From an uncultured Chloroflexia bacterium (lineage in GTDB: Bacteria > Chloroflexota > Chloroflexia > Thermomicrobiales > UBA6265), in assembly GCA_963724295.1 (NCBI GenBank), contig CAVRUC010000008.1, forward strand, positions 64,001 to 128,000: a stretch of DNA of 64,000 nt. Direction: 5' to 3'. The first letter of the stretch is position 1. Every line of letters starts with the position of its first letter. The notes beneath the pieces were generated by a model. It was not told the DNA's origin. It did not search any database and saw only the letters and a program-made list of their open reading frames with translations. Below, in pieces: positions 1 through 7,762 of the stretch. Made by a program: the position numbers and the translations under genes.

Positions 1-576
1 GCGAGCGCCGAAGACCTCGCTGACGAGATAGGCCCCGGTGTCGGTTCGGTTCGGCGGGATGCGGCCAACGGCGGGGTTCTGCTGCCAGTAGAGGTAGGGC
101 GGCATGCCGAAGGAGACCACCGCCCGCCGCTCTTCCAGGTAGAGCGGGAGCTGGGGAAATTGGACGGGCTCGATAAAGGGGATGCCGTGTTTGGCGAGCA
201 GGTAATGCAGCATGCGGGCGTTCTGCATGCTGACGTACGTCCCCAGGATGCTCAGCACCCCAGTTGGCATGCCGAGATCGAGACCGACGCTGTAGGCATG
301 ACGGGCACGCGTTCCGGCGCCGGTGCTGATGATGATCTTGTGGTGGACCAGGTTGGATATCAACTCGTCGATGAGGGGGAACACTGCGGCACGGCCGCGG
401 TCGATGAAGCTCTGCCCGCCAATTTTGACCACATTGGCATCAGGCAAGATAGGCAGGACCGGCTGCGCCTCTGTCTGCACCAGCAGCGCATCGTCGGTCA
501 GGGATCCCCGAACGAGCGCCGCGCCAAGCTGGGTCAAGATCTGGTCTTGCACCGACAGCATCTCCATCACACCCAT
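1..576 (-). CDS. mosB: Molybdenum storage protein beta-subunit-like protein (amino-acid-kinase fold); 3' end beyond window edge, start uncertain (in-frame ATGs at 561/567/576/600)
   Basis: Not in the ORF track because it is open to the edge. Manual minus-strand translation gives ...ILPDANVVKIGGQSFIDRGRAAVFPLIDELI...IISTGAGTRARHAYS...QNARMLHYLLAKHGIP...FGMPPYLYW...IPPNRTDTGAYLVSEVFG, closely matching Azotobacter MosB motifs as I recall them. The + ORF 160..798 is its antisense shadow. Confidence 0.85.
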   Translation of the reverse strand, partial: MGVMEMLSVQDQILTQLGAALVRGSLTDDALLVQTEAQPVLPILPDANVVKIGGQSFIDRGRAAVFPLIDELISNLVHHKIIISTGAGTRARHAYSVGLDLGMPTGVLSILGTYVSMQNARMLHYLLAKHGIPFIEPVQFPQLPLYLEERRAVVSFGMPPYLYWQQNPAVGRIPPNRTDTGAYLVSEVFGAR

Positions 577-1184
577 GCCGGGCGCAAGCGCCTCACCCAT
601 GGACTTACTGGCCAGCCGAGCGAGGACCGCGCGGCATTCCGACAGCGACAAGTTGAGAATCTAGCAGGTAGATCGTGCGCGAGGCAAAAGCACGGTGGTG
701 GCGGCCGGAGCTCACGACCGGCATTGGCGACGATCAGCAGCCAGGATCATGGCTCACAGATGCGCCCCGTGACGGCAGAAGTATGTGCGATGGCGTGAAA
801 ATCGCGGACACCGATTCGTCGTTCGCGTCCATTCAAGAACGCCTGAGATATTCACGCCTTTCTTTGCAACGGTGCCAGAATTGGTCGATGTGACGCGGCC
901 AATCGGGTGTAGAATGTGCTCGTGCAGCTGGCCCGCTTGTCGGGATCCTCCGACACGAACGTGACCGCGCCGGCTGCCGGGGACGCAGCGGTTCTCCAGC
1001 GGAACACTCGCCGCAGGGCGGCGGCGGCGAATCCCGCGGATGCACTCCGCGTTCCTTGGAGTTTTGGTGGCGCACTCATCGGCGATACCAGCACGAGGCT
1101 TGGAACGACTCGTGCTTGAGTTAGCAAGGACGTGTTGGGCGTACCTGCCGCCATGATCGTGGATAGGGCAAATGGAGGATCGAG

Positions 1185-1706
1185 ATGCAGGATAGTCCGA
1201 GCCAGCAGGTTGGGCAGTCTGCTCCCCCAACCAGAGCTTCCCGCCGCGCCATTGTCTCGTGGACGCTGAAACTTGCCGGTGGGGCGGCGTTCGCGGCCGC
1301 CGTTCCGGGCTCCGAATGGGTACGAACTGCCGCGGCTCAAGATGACGAAATTATCCTCACCGCCGCTGCATCCGAAGTGGGCGCCAGACCGGGCGACGCT
1401 TATGCCACTGGTGCGGCCGCCAGTGCCGTTGCCAGTTCTGTAGGCGGCGCGTCCACACAAGGTGCTACAGGCGGTCCCGGGTCTGGCGCCGGCCCCGGTG
1501 ACTCTTCCGGTGCCGGGCCTGGGGACCAATCCGGGACCGGTGGAGGCGGATCTGGAGGCGGCACTGGCGCAGGGCCTGGCGACTCTTCCGGCGCTGGTCC
1601 CGGCGGCGGTGGAGGTGGTACCGGTGGCGGTGATCAATCCGGCGCCGGTCCTGGTGACTCTGACGGCTCCGGTGGTGGAGGCGGCACCGGCGGCGGTGGA
1701 TACTAG
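1185..1706 (+). CDS. Tat-exported glycine-rich low-complexity protein
   Basis: GGAGG RBS. N-terminal SRRAIVSW twin-Arg motif, hydrophobic stretch and AAA-QD cleavage site. C-terminal GAGPGD(S/Q)S / GGGG repeats. Followed by a terminator. Confidence 0.7.
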   Translation: MQDSPSQQVGQSAPPTRASRRAIVSWTLKLAGGAAFAAAVPGSEWVRTAAAQDDEIILTAAASEVGARPGDAYATGAAASAVASSVGGASTQGATGGPGSGAGPGDSSGAGPGDQSGTGGGGSGGGTGAGPGDSSGAGPGGGGGGTGGGDQSGAGPGDSDGSGGGGGTGGGGY

Positions 1707-1739
1707 GAGTCAGTTTGGCGGCAATTAGCCCGCACGTTA

Positions 1740-1774
1740 GCCCCGCTCCCCTGACCAAGGGAGCGGGGCATTTT
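1740..1774 (+). terminator. Intrinsic terminator hairpin
   Basis: GCCCCGCTCCC-ctgaccaa-GGGAGCGGGGC (11-bp stem) then ATTTT, between convergent genes. Confidence 0.75.
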
Positions 1775-1813
1775 GGCGCCGGCGCCATACAAGTGACGAC
1801 GGTAAGAGCCGTA

Positions 1814-2134
1814 TCAATCGCGAATATCGAAGGCGTTGACCACGGCTCGCTGCAAACCCGGGTGGCGCTCCAGTAACCCGTCGATGCTCATGCGCAGAAA
1901 CGACGCCAGCTGGATGAACTCCAGCGGCGAAAGCGACAGCGTGACGAAGTCGACCTCGAGCTCGACCAGGTCATCTTCACCGAGCGTGTCTTTCGGTTTG
2001 GAGGAGACGCGACATCCGGTTTGCAAGCCGGTCTCCGGCCAGACGATGTCGATCACCTCGTCCATTTCAGCCCGGGGTCGGAGCGGCGTGCGGCCGCCCT
2101 CTTCCGGCTCGGCGACGATCGGCTCATTGGTCAT
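1814..2134 (-). CDS. Hypothetical protein (106 aa)
   Basis: ATG with GGGAG upstream. Protein-like composition. Divergent from the Rad52-like gene. Confidence 0.65.
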   Translation of the reverse strand: MTNEPIVAEPEEGGRTPLRPRAEMDEVIDIVWPETGLQTGCRVSSKPKDTLGEDDLVELEVDFVTLSLSPLEFIQLASFLRMSIDGLLERHPGLQRAVVNAFDIRD

Positions 2135-2247
2135 GCGACTCTCCCACCGTTGGTGAATGCAGATGCCGATCCTACCCTCTCCCGCAAACTGTCGCCCGAC
2201 GCTGCATTTCTATTCATCAACATGGAATGTTGACCGGTCGTCACATC

Positions 2248-2275
2248 TTGCGAACATGCGTTCGATTCGTATACT
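2248..2275 (+). promoter_or_regulatory. sigma70-type promoter overlapped by a LexA (SOS/Cheo) box
   Basis: TTGCGA(2248-2253)-N16-TATACT(2270-2275). Palindrome CGAAC-ATGC-GTTCG at 2251-2264 matches the GAAC-N4-GTTC LexA motif of Firmicutes/Actinobacteria/Chloroflexi. Confidence 0.8.
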
Positions 2276-2339
2276 AGGGCGGAGTTCGGCATTCCCCGCA
2301 TTGACCTCGACATCAGCAACGTGCACCCGGGAGTGGGCG

Positions 2340-3155
2340 ATGACCAGCAAACGCAACGAATCAATACCCGGTGTCGATGCCAAACAGGAGCTCGAAGATG
2401 AGCTCGCCTCCGCGGACACGACCCAGGACACCGACAGGGAAGTCCCCCCACCCGGGCGGTCACTTGCGGATGATGGTTCGGCGCGACAGGGAACCGGCTT
2501 CGATCCGACCCCGTACCTGCGGCAGCTGCACGGGCGTGGCCGTGCCGGCGGCGGCGACTACCTCGACGTCAAGTGGCGCCTGTTGTGGCTGCGCAAGGAG
2601 CACCCCGACGCCGAGATCGTGACCGAGCTGGTCCAGCACGATCCGCAGATGGCGATTTTCAAAGCCACGGTGACTGTGCCCAGCGGCGGCAAAGCGACTG
2701 GCTACGGCAGCGAGACCGCAAGTGATTTTCCCGACTTCATCGAGAAGGCCGAGACCAAGGCCATCGGCCGCGCATTGAACGCGCTGGGATATGGCGCCCA
2801 ATTCGGAGAAGCCCAGCGTCCGGAAGACCCTGTGCCGGACCGCGCTCCGGCGCGGCATGATCGCCAGGCGGCTCCCGCCGCACGACCCGTGGCATTGCCG
2901 CGCCGGGATGAGCGACCCGCGAATCTTGCCCAGGCCCGGAGTGAGTCCCCCGGCGAGACATCCACGGCCGCCCCATCGCCGGCGGTCGCCGATCAAGAAT
3001 TGGTCGATTACTCCTGGAGCGCGTTCTGGCCATGGGCGCGGGAACGCGGGCTCAATGGCCCCCGGGAGATCGAAAACCTGATCGGCCAGCAGGTCGCCGG
3101 GCTCTCACCCGCCGAGCTGCGCGATTTCATTCTGGCGGCTGATTCCCGCCGCTAA
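2340..3155 (+). CDS. Rad52/Rad22-superfamily-like single-strand annealing protein (putative)
   Basis: Core YLDVKWRLLWLRKEHPDAEIVTE...FKATV...ATGYGSE...FIEKAETKAIGRALNALGYG resembles the Rad52/Sak SSAP core. Start reassigned to ATG 2340 (GGGAG upstream, downstream of the promoter). Confidence 0.65.
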   Translation: MTSKRNESIPGVDAKQELEDELASADTTQDTDREVPPPGRSLADDGSARQGTGFDPTPYLRQLHGRGRAGGGDYLDVKWRLLWLRKEHPDAEIVTELVQHDPQMAIFKATVTVPSGGKATGYGSETASDFPDFIEKAETKAIGRALNALGYGAQFGEAQRPEDPVPDRAPARHDRQAAPAARPVALPRRDERPANLAQARSESPGETSTAAPSPAVADQELVDYSWSAFWPWARERGLNGPREIENLIGQQVAGLSPAELRDFILAADSRR

Positions 3156-3285
3156 CGCGGGCATGATCCGAAGCGATAACCGGCTGTCGGGTACCATGGA
3201 TGCGCCGTGCCGGCGCGCCGGCCGTGCCCGGTCTGTAGTGCGATCAACGAGGGCTTGCCCGCTCTTCGGGTTCCCGACGGTATCG

Positions 3286-3969
3286 ATGTCGATCCCGATT
3301 CTTGCCGTTACCGACGAAGCTGACCCGCGTATCCACAGCGCAACGCTGCGGGAGCGGCTGGGGCATGTCGCGCTGGTCGTGAGCTGCGGCGACTTGCCGG
3401 CCAGCTACCTCGAGTTCATCGCCGATGCGCTGAACCGGCCGGTCTATTACGTGCTCGGGAACCATGCCGAGGAACTGACTCGCCGTTGCTCGGGCAATGA
3501 AAGTTGCAAACCGAGCGGCGCCATCGACCTCGGCGGGAAGGTGATCCAGGATCCGGCGACAGGGCTCATTCTGGCCGGGATTCCCGGCAGTCCGCGCTAT
3601 TGCGAGGACGAACCGGCGCAGTACTCCGAGTGGGAGATCGGGCTCATGACGACGAAGATGGCGCCTCGCCTCCATCTGAATCGGCTACGGCACGGGCGTG
3701 CCCTCGATCTGCTCGTCAGCCACGCCCCGCCGCGCGATGTCAACGACCGGCCGGACCCGGCCCATCGCGGGTTCGAAGCCCTCCGCGGGTTTCTGGAGAA
3801 ATGGCGCCCTGCCTATCACGTTCACGGGCACGTGCACCTCTATGACCGCACGCAGCCATTCCAGCAGCGATTCGCGGATACCGACGTCATCAATGTCTTC
3901 CCCTACCGCGTTCTGGAGGTGGAACCGAGGCAGGCGTCAACGCACCAAGCGGCCGCCGCCTCGCCATGA
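3286..3969 (+). CDS. Calcineurin-like metallophosphoesterase
   Basis: Motifs AVTDE, SCGDL, VLGNH, VSHAPP, HVHGHVH. ATGA overlap with the next gene. Confidence 0.9.
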   Translation: MSIPILAVTDEADPRIHSATLRERLGHVALVVSCGDLPASYLEFIADALNRPVYYVLGNHAEELTRRCSGNESCKPSGAIDLGGKVIQDPATGLILAGIPGSPRYCEDEPAQYSEWEIGLMTTKMAPRLHLNRLRHGRALDLLVSHAPPRDVNDRPDPAHRGFEALRGFLEKWRPAYHVHGHVHLYDRTQPFQQRFADTDVINVFPYRVLEVEPRQASTHQAAAASP

Positions 3970-4886
3970 GTCGACCATTCGAGAGCGAAGTCCGACACGA
4001 CTTCGAGCGGGCCCGGCAACACGGCTTCCTGGCTGACTTGCGTGCCATCTTCGCCCGGCGTTCCCGGGATCTGATCCCCTACCATGAGGTGCGGCAGCGG
4101 GTGTCGCCCGAGGGCGAGAGCTACCGCGGCGTGCAGACGGTACCACTCTCCCAGATCATCGGCAGCATGGACCGCTTTCAGGATTTCACCCGCGAGTTTT
4201 TCCCGCGTCAGCGCTTCACCGCCGGCCGCTGGCAGAACGTCGACCGCGCCTACTATCAGGACATCTACCTCCCGCCAATCCAGCTCTACAAGGTCGGTGA
4301 CGTCTACTTCGTCAAGGACGGCAATCACCGGGTCAGCGTCGCCCGCGAACGCGGACAAGAGTTCATCGAGGCCGAGGTGATCGAAGGTCACATTCGGGCC
4401 CCGTTCGATGCCAGCATGTCCGCCAATGAGCTTCTGTTGCAGGCGGAGTACGCCGAGTTTCTGCGCCGCACTAACCTCGATCGCCTCCATCCCGACCATG
4501 ACATCCGGCCCTCGGCGCTTGGCCGCTACGACGAAATCTGGACTCACATCCAGGGGCATCGCGACTGGCTGGCCGCCATCCGCCATCAACCTGTCTCCGA
4601 TCAGGAGGCGGTCGCGGACTGGTATGAGTACATCTACTGCCCGATTGTCGAAGTCGCCCGCAAGCGCGGGCTAACTGACCGATTCCCCGAACACACGGAG
4701 GCCGACGTCTACCTCTGGGTGATGCGCCACCGCCACGCCATCGAGCAGGAACACGGTCAGGACATTGGGCCAGGGCCTGCCGCGAAGGACTACGCCGAGA
4801 CCGCCCGCCCCCAGACCACGGTCCACCGGGTAACCAGCGCCCTGCGCGGTCTGCTCGCCCTACCCGAGCGCATCATTCGAGGGTGA
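3966..4886 (+). CDS. ParB/sulfiredoxin-like domain protein with DUF4032-like C-terminus
   Basis: VPLSQIIGS...PPIQLYKVGDVYFVKDGNHRVSVAR (ParB/Srx DG.HR signature). C-terminal WYEYIYCPIV...TEADVYLWVMRHR. Confidence 0.75.
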   Translation: MSRPFESEVRHDFERARQHGFLADLRAIFARRSRDLIPYHEVRQRVSPEGESYRGVQTVPLSQIIGSMDRFQDFTREFFPRQRFTAGRWQNVDRAYYQDIYLPPIQLYKVGDVYFVKDGNHRVSVARERGQEFIEAEVIEGHIRAPFDASMSANELLLQAEYAEFLRRTNLDRLHPDHDIRPSALGRYDEIWTHIQGHRDWLAAIRHQPVSDQEAVADWYEYIYCPIVEVARKRGLTDRFPEHTEADVYLWVMRHRHAIEQEHGQDIGPGPAAKDYAETARPQTTVHRVTSALRGLLALPERIIRG

Positions 4887-4997
4887 TGGGTGATGGGTGA
4901 AGGGTGACGGGGTCGCAGGGTGGCGGTGCAGGGAGGACCACCCCCGCCACCCTGCCACCACGAGCGTAGCGAGTAATCACCCATCACCCTGCGACCC
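4881..4997. repeat. REP-like palindromic element with GGGTGAN heptamer run (copy 1)
   Basis: GGGTGAT/GGGTGAT/GGGTGAA/GGGTGAC at 4881-4908. 13-bp inverted repeat 4910-4922/4985-4997. 4948-4989 is 41/42 identical to the reverse complement of 45325-45366. Confidence 0.8.
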
Positions 4998-5099
4998 TCG
5001 TTTTTGGGGGTTCCCCTCCGCGCGCCCTCGTGGCAGGATGTGAGGGTGCCGGCAAAGGCGCCGCACGCCAGCTCGACGGGCTCTGGGGAGGGTTCCGGC

Positions 5100-5528
5100 A
5101 TGAGAGATCTGGTCGACGGATTCAAGGCGTTCATCCTCCGCGGCAATGTCATCGACCTTGCCGTTGCGGTGGTCATCGGCGCCGCGTTCACGCAGATCGT
5201 CAACTCGATGGTCGAGAACATTATTATGCCGATCATTGGTGCGATCGGCGGTCAACCGGATTTCTCGAATTTGACCTTCACCATCAATAGCAGTGTTTTC
5301 CGGTATGGCGCGTTTATCAATGCCTTGATTTCGTTCCTGATTATCGCTCTCGTCATCTATTTTCTGATCGTCAGGCCAATGAACATGCTCGTGGCCCGGG
5401 CCGCTCCAGGAGCGGAGGAGGCCGAACTCGCAATCTGTCCGGAGTGCCTGGGAGCGCTCTCGCCGGAGGCCAACCGGTGCCCGAACTGCACCACCTGGCT
5501 GCGAGGACCGAACGTCGCCGTCTCCTGA
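5100..5528 (+). CDS. mscL: Large-conductance mechanosensitive channel with C-terminal CxxC...CxxC
   Basis: GFKAFILRGNVIDLAVAVVIGAAFTQIVNS...YGAFINALISFLIIA. Tail CPECL...RCPNCT. Confidence 0.95.
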   Translation: MRDLVDGFKAFILRGNVIDLAVAVVIGAAFTQIVNSMVENIIMPIIGAIGGQPDFSNLTFTINSSVFRYGAFINALISFLIIALVIYFLIVRPMNMLVARAAPGAEEAELAICPECLGALSPEANRCPNCTTWLRGPNVAVS

Positions 5529-5561
5529 CCGAACGTCGCGCTTCATGAGGATGGGAAGCCC

Positions 5562-5912
5562 ATGCCACCCGCCATCGAACTCGCACGCCGCTATGCCGAG
5601 GCACTCGCAGCACTCCGCGCAGTGCATGACTTTGACGACTGGATCGGCCAATTCTGGCAGGAGCGCTGCCCCGCGCCGGCGAGTGCCGCCGCGTCGCGCG
5701 ACGCGGCCGGCGCTGAGGACACGATCGTCTGGCATGAAGGGGAGGAAACCGTTTTCGGGTACCTACCGGGACGCGATGGCTGTTTCTGCGTCCCTCGTGA
5801 CGTCGCCCTGCCAGATTTCCCGGTCACCGCGGAGAACCCCGCACGGCCCTTTGGCCAAGACGTCGTGATCAGTGCCGCCATGCGAGACGAGCTGCAGCCG
5901 CCAGGAAGCTAA
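5562..5912 (+). CDS. Hypothetical protein (116 aa)
   Basis: ATG with purine-rich upstream. Fills the gap between mscL and hrcA on the same strand. Confidence 0.5.
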   Translation: MPPAIELARRYAEALAALRAVHDFDDWIGQFWQERCPAPASAAASRDAAGAEDTIVWHEGEETVFGYLPGRDGCFCVPRDVALPDFPVTAENPARPFGQDVVISAAMRDELQPPGS

Positions 5913-6003
5913 CGGTTCGCCGTCCAACAGACCGGCAAGCCGCGCTGCACCGGCCGCATGGGGTGCGACCGGGTCGGTCGTCGTTCTGGAAAGAACACCC
6001 GTG

Positions 6004-6030
6004 CTAGCACTCTCCTGTCGAGAGTGCTAA
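6004..6030 (+). promoter_or_regulatory. CIRCE operator (HrcA binding site)
   Basis: CTAGCACTC-N9-GAGTGCTAA, one mismatch to TTAGCACTC-N9-GAGTGCTAA, directly upstream of hrcA. Confidence 0.95.
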
Positions 6031-6052
6031 ACTTCCCTCCCAGGAGCAGGGT

Positions 6053-7120
6053 GTGAGCGACGAGACGATTCGGTCTTCCAGCCCAAGATCCGTCAAGGAC
6101 CAGGCATCCGTGTCCGAGCGACAGCGGATGATCCTGCGGCTTGTGGTGCGCGAGTACGTGGCCACGGGGCGCCCGGTCAGCTCCAAGACACTGGTTGAAA
6201 ATTCCCGGATCGGCGTCTCATCGGCAACCATCCGCAATGAGATGGCCGCGCTGGAAGAGCTCGGATATCTCGAGCACCTGCACACCTCTGGCGGCCGGAT
6301 TCCGACCGATCAGGGGTACCGCTACTTTGTCGCGCATCTGATGGGCGACTTCGAGCTCCCATCCAGCGAGCAGTTGACCATCCTCCACCAGTTTCGCCAG
6401 GTCGAGCTGCAACTGGAGCAGTGGATCGAGCTGGCCGCGGCGACACTGGCGCGGGCGGCGGGCAATGTCTCGCTTGTCTCAGCGCCGATCCCGCAGTCGC
6501 CGCGGCTGCGGCACATCGAGCTGGTCTCACTTCAGCCTCGGCTGGGACTCGTCATCCTGGTCACGACCGACGGTGCGGTTCGCCAGGTCATGGTCCACTG
6601 GCCGGAGGACGCGGACCAGGAGACACTCTCGCCGCTCGCTGACAGTCTGGCCTCGTCCATGCGTGGGCTCACAGCGGACGAAGTCGCCGCCCGAGCTGCC
6701 GTCGCAACCGGGCTGGCGCGGGCGGCTCTGGACCAGATCGCATCCGCATTGCGCGGCATGATGACCAGCGGGGCGCCCGTGCGGCATTCCGGGCTCGAGC
6801 ACGTGCTCAGCCAGCCGGAGTTCAGCGACGCCGCGGAGGCACAGGAGCTCCTCGCCTTGCTTGGCGGTGGATCGTTTCTGCGCGCCATGCTGCCGCGTCT
6901 GGAAGAAGGTCCTGGTGTCCAGGTCTTCATCGGGCATGAGAATCCCGCCGACGAGTTGCGACGTCTTGGTGTCGTCGTTTCCACCTACGGGGTCGACGGC
7001 GAGGTCGTCGGCGTCCTCGGTGTCGTCGGCCCGACACGGATGGCCTACGACCGCTCGATCTCGTCTGTGCGCTACATGGCGAGGCTGATGAGCGATCTGA
7101 TGGCCGACTTAAGAGGGTGA
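6053..7120 (+). CDS. hrcA: Heat-inducible transcription repressor HrcA
   Basis: ILRLVVREYVATGRPVSSK...VSSATIRNEMAALEELGYL.HLHTSGGRIPTDQGYRYFV; GVLGVVGPTRMAY. Confidence 0.97.
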   Translation: MSDETIRSSSPRSVKDQASVSERQRMILRLVVREYVATGRPVSSKTLVENSRIGVSSATIRNEMAALEELGYLEHLHTSGGRIPTDQGYRYFVAHLMGDFELPSSEQLTILHQFRQVELQLEQWIELAAATLARAAGNVSLVSAPIPQSPRLRHIELVSLQPRLGLVILVTTDGAVRQVMVHWPEDADQETLSPLADSLASSMRGLTADEVAARAAVATGLARAALDQIASALRGMMTSGAPVRHSGLEHVLSQPEFSDAAEAQELLALLGGGSFLRAMLPRLEEGPGVQVFIGHENPADELRRLGVVVSTYGVDGEVVGVLGVVGPTRMAYDRSISSVRYMARLMSDLMADLRG

Positions 7121-7143
7121 TAGCTGTTGAGGAGAATGCATAG

Positions 7144-7713
7144 GTGACGGATACGCAGAACCCACCGGTCGGCTCTGATACGGGTCTTGACGAAGGACCC
7201 GACGCGGACGCCGCCGAATCAGGTCTCGATCTCGACACGGTGCTGGCCGAACGCGACCGATACCTTGACCAGCTGCAGCGAACGGCGGCGGATTTCGCCA
7301 ACTATCGCCGGCGCGTCGAGCAGGAACGCGCCCAGCAGCGCCTCGCCGCGAACGAGCAACTCCTGCGGGAGATCGTTCCGGTCCTCGACGACCTGCAACG
7401 TGGACTGAGCGCTCTGCCACCGGATCAGCAGGAGTCGAAGCTGGCGGAAGGCATGCGCTGGGTCGAGCAGAAGTTCCTGACGACCTTGCGGAAACATGGT
7501 GTGACACCGATCGAGTCGCTCGGGCAGGCATTCGATCCGTCGGTGCACGAGGCGGTCGAGGCCGACCCTGCCGGTGGAGACAGGGTAGTCGCCGTCTACG
7601 CACCCGGCTACCGGCTCGGCGACGGCATCTTGCGGCCGGCGATGGTCAAGGTGGGACCAGGTGAAGACGGCAAGACAGCTCCCAGAAGACGAATGCAAGA
7701 AGACGGCTCGTAG
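7144..7713 (+). CDS. grpE: Nucleotide exchange factor GrpE
   Basis: LQRTAADFANYRRR, FDPSVHEAV, GYRLGDGILRPAMVKV. Confidence 0.96.
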   Translation: MTDTQNPPVGSDTGLDEGPDADAAESGLDLDTVLAERDRYLDQLQRTAADFANYRRRVEQERAQQRLAANEQLLREIVPVLDDLQRGLSALPPDQQESKLAEGMRWVEQKFLTTLRKHGVTPIESLGQAFDPSVHEAVEADPAGGDRVVAVYAPGYRLGDGILRPAMVKVGPGEDGKTAPRRRMQEDGS

Positions 7714-7762
7714 GGGCACTGCTCCCATACACGGAATGTTTGGATAAAAGGAGAGAACGAAT

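Noticed and set aside
160..798. 212-aa plus-strand ORF, and many other long overlapping ORFs (e.g. 9921..11351, 38814..40235 extension, 45353..46768)
   Set aside because: Antisense or frame shadows of real genes in high-GC DNA. The opposite strand carries the recognisable motifs.
600..900. Moco riboswitch upstream of mosB; THF riboswitch upstream of folB; purine riboswitch upstream of the guaB remnant
   Set aside because: I could not find the conserved cores by eye, and folB appears nearly leaderless. A cmscan would be needed to exclude them formally.
3966..4886. Chromosome partition protein ParB
   Set aside because: No parA, no parS and no HTH/dimerisation region. Only the ParB/Srx catalytic motif is shared.
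5506..5539. 13-bp direct repeat GACCGAACGTCGC flanking the mscL stop
   Set aside because: Only 8 bp apart. A local micro-duplication with no element between the copies.
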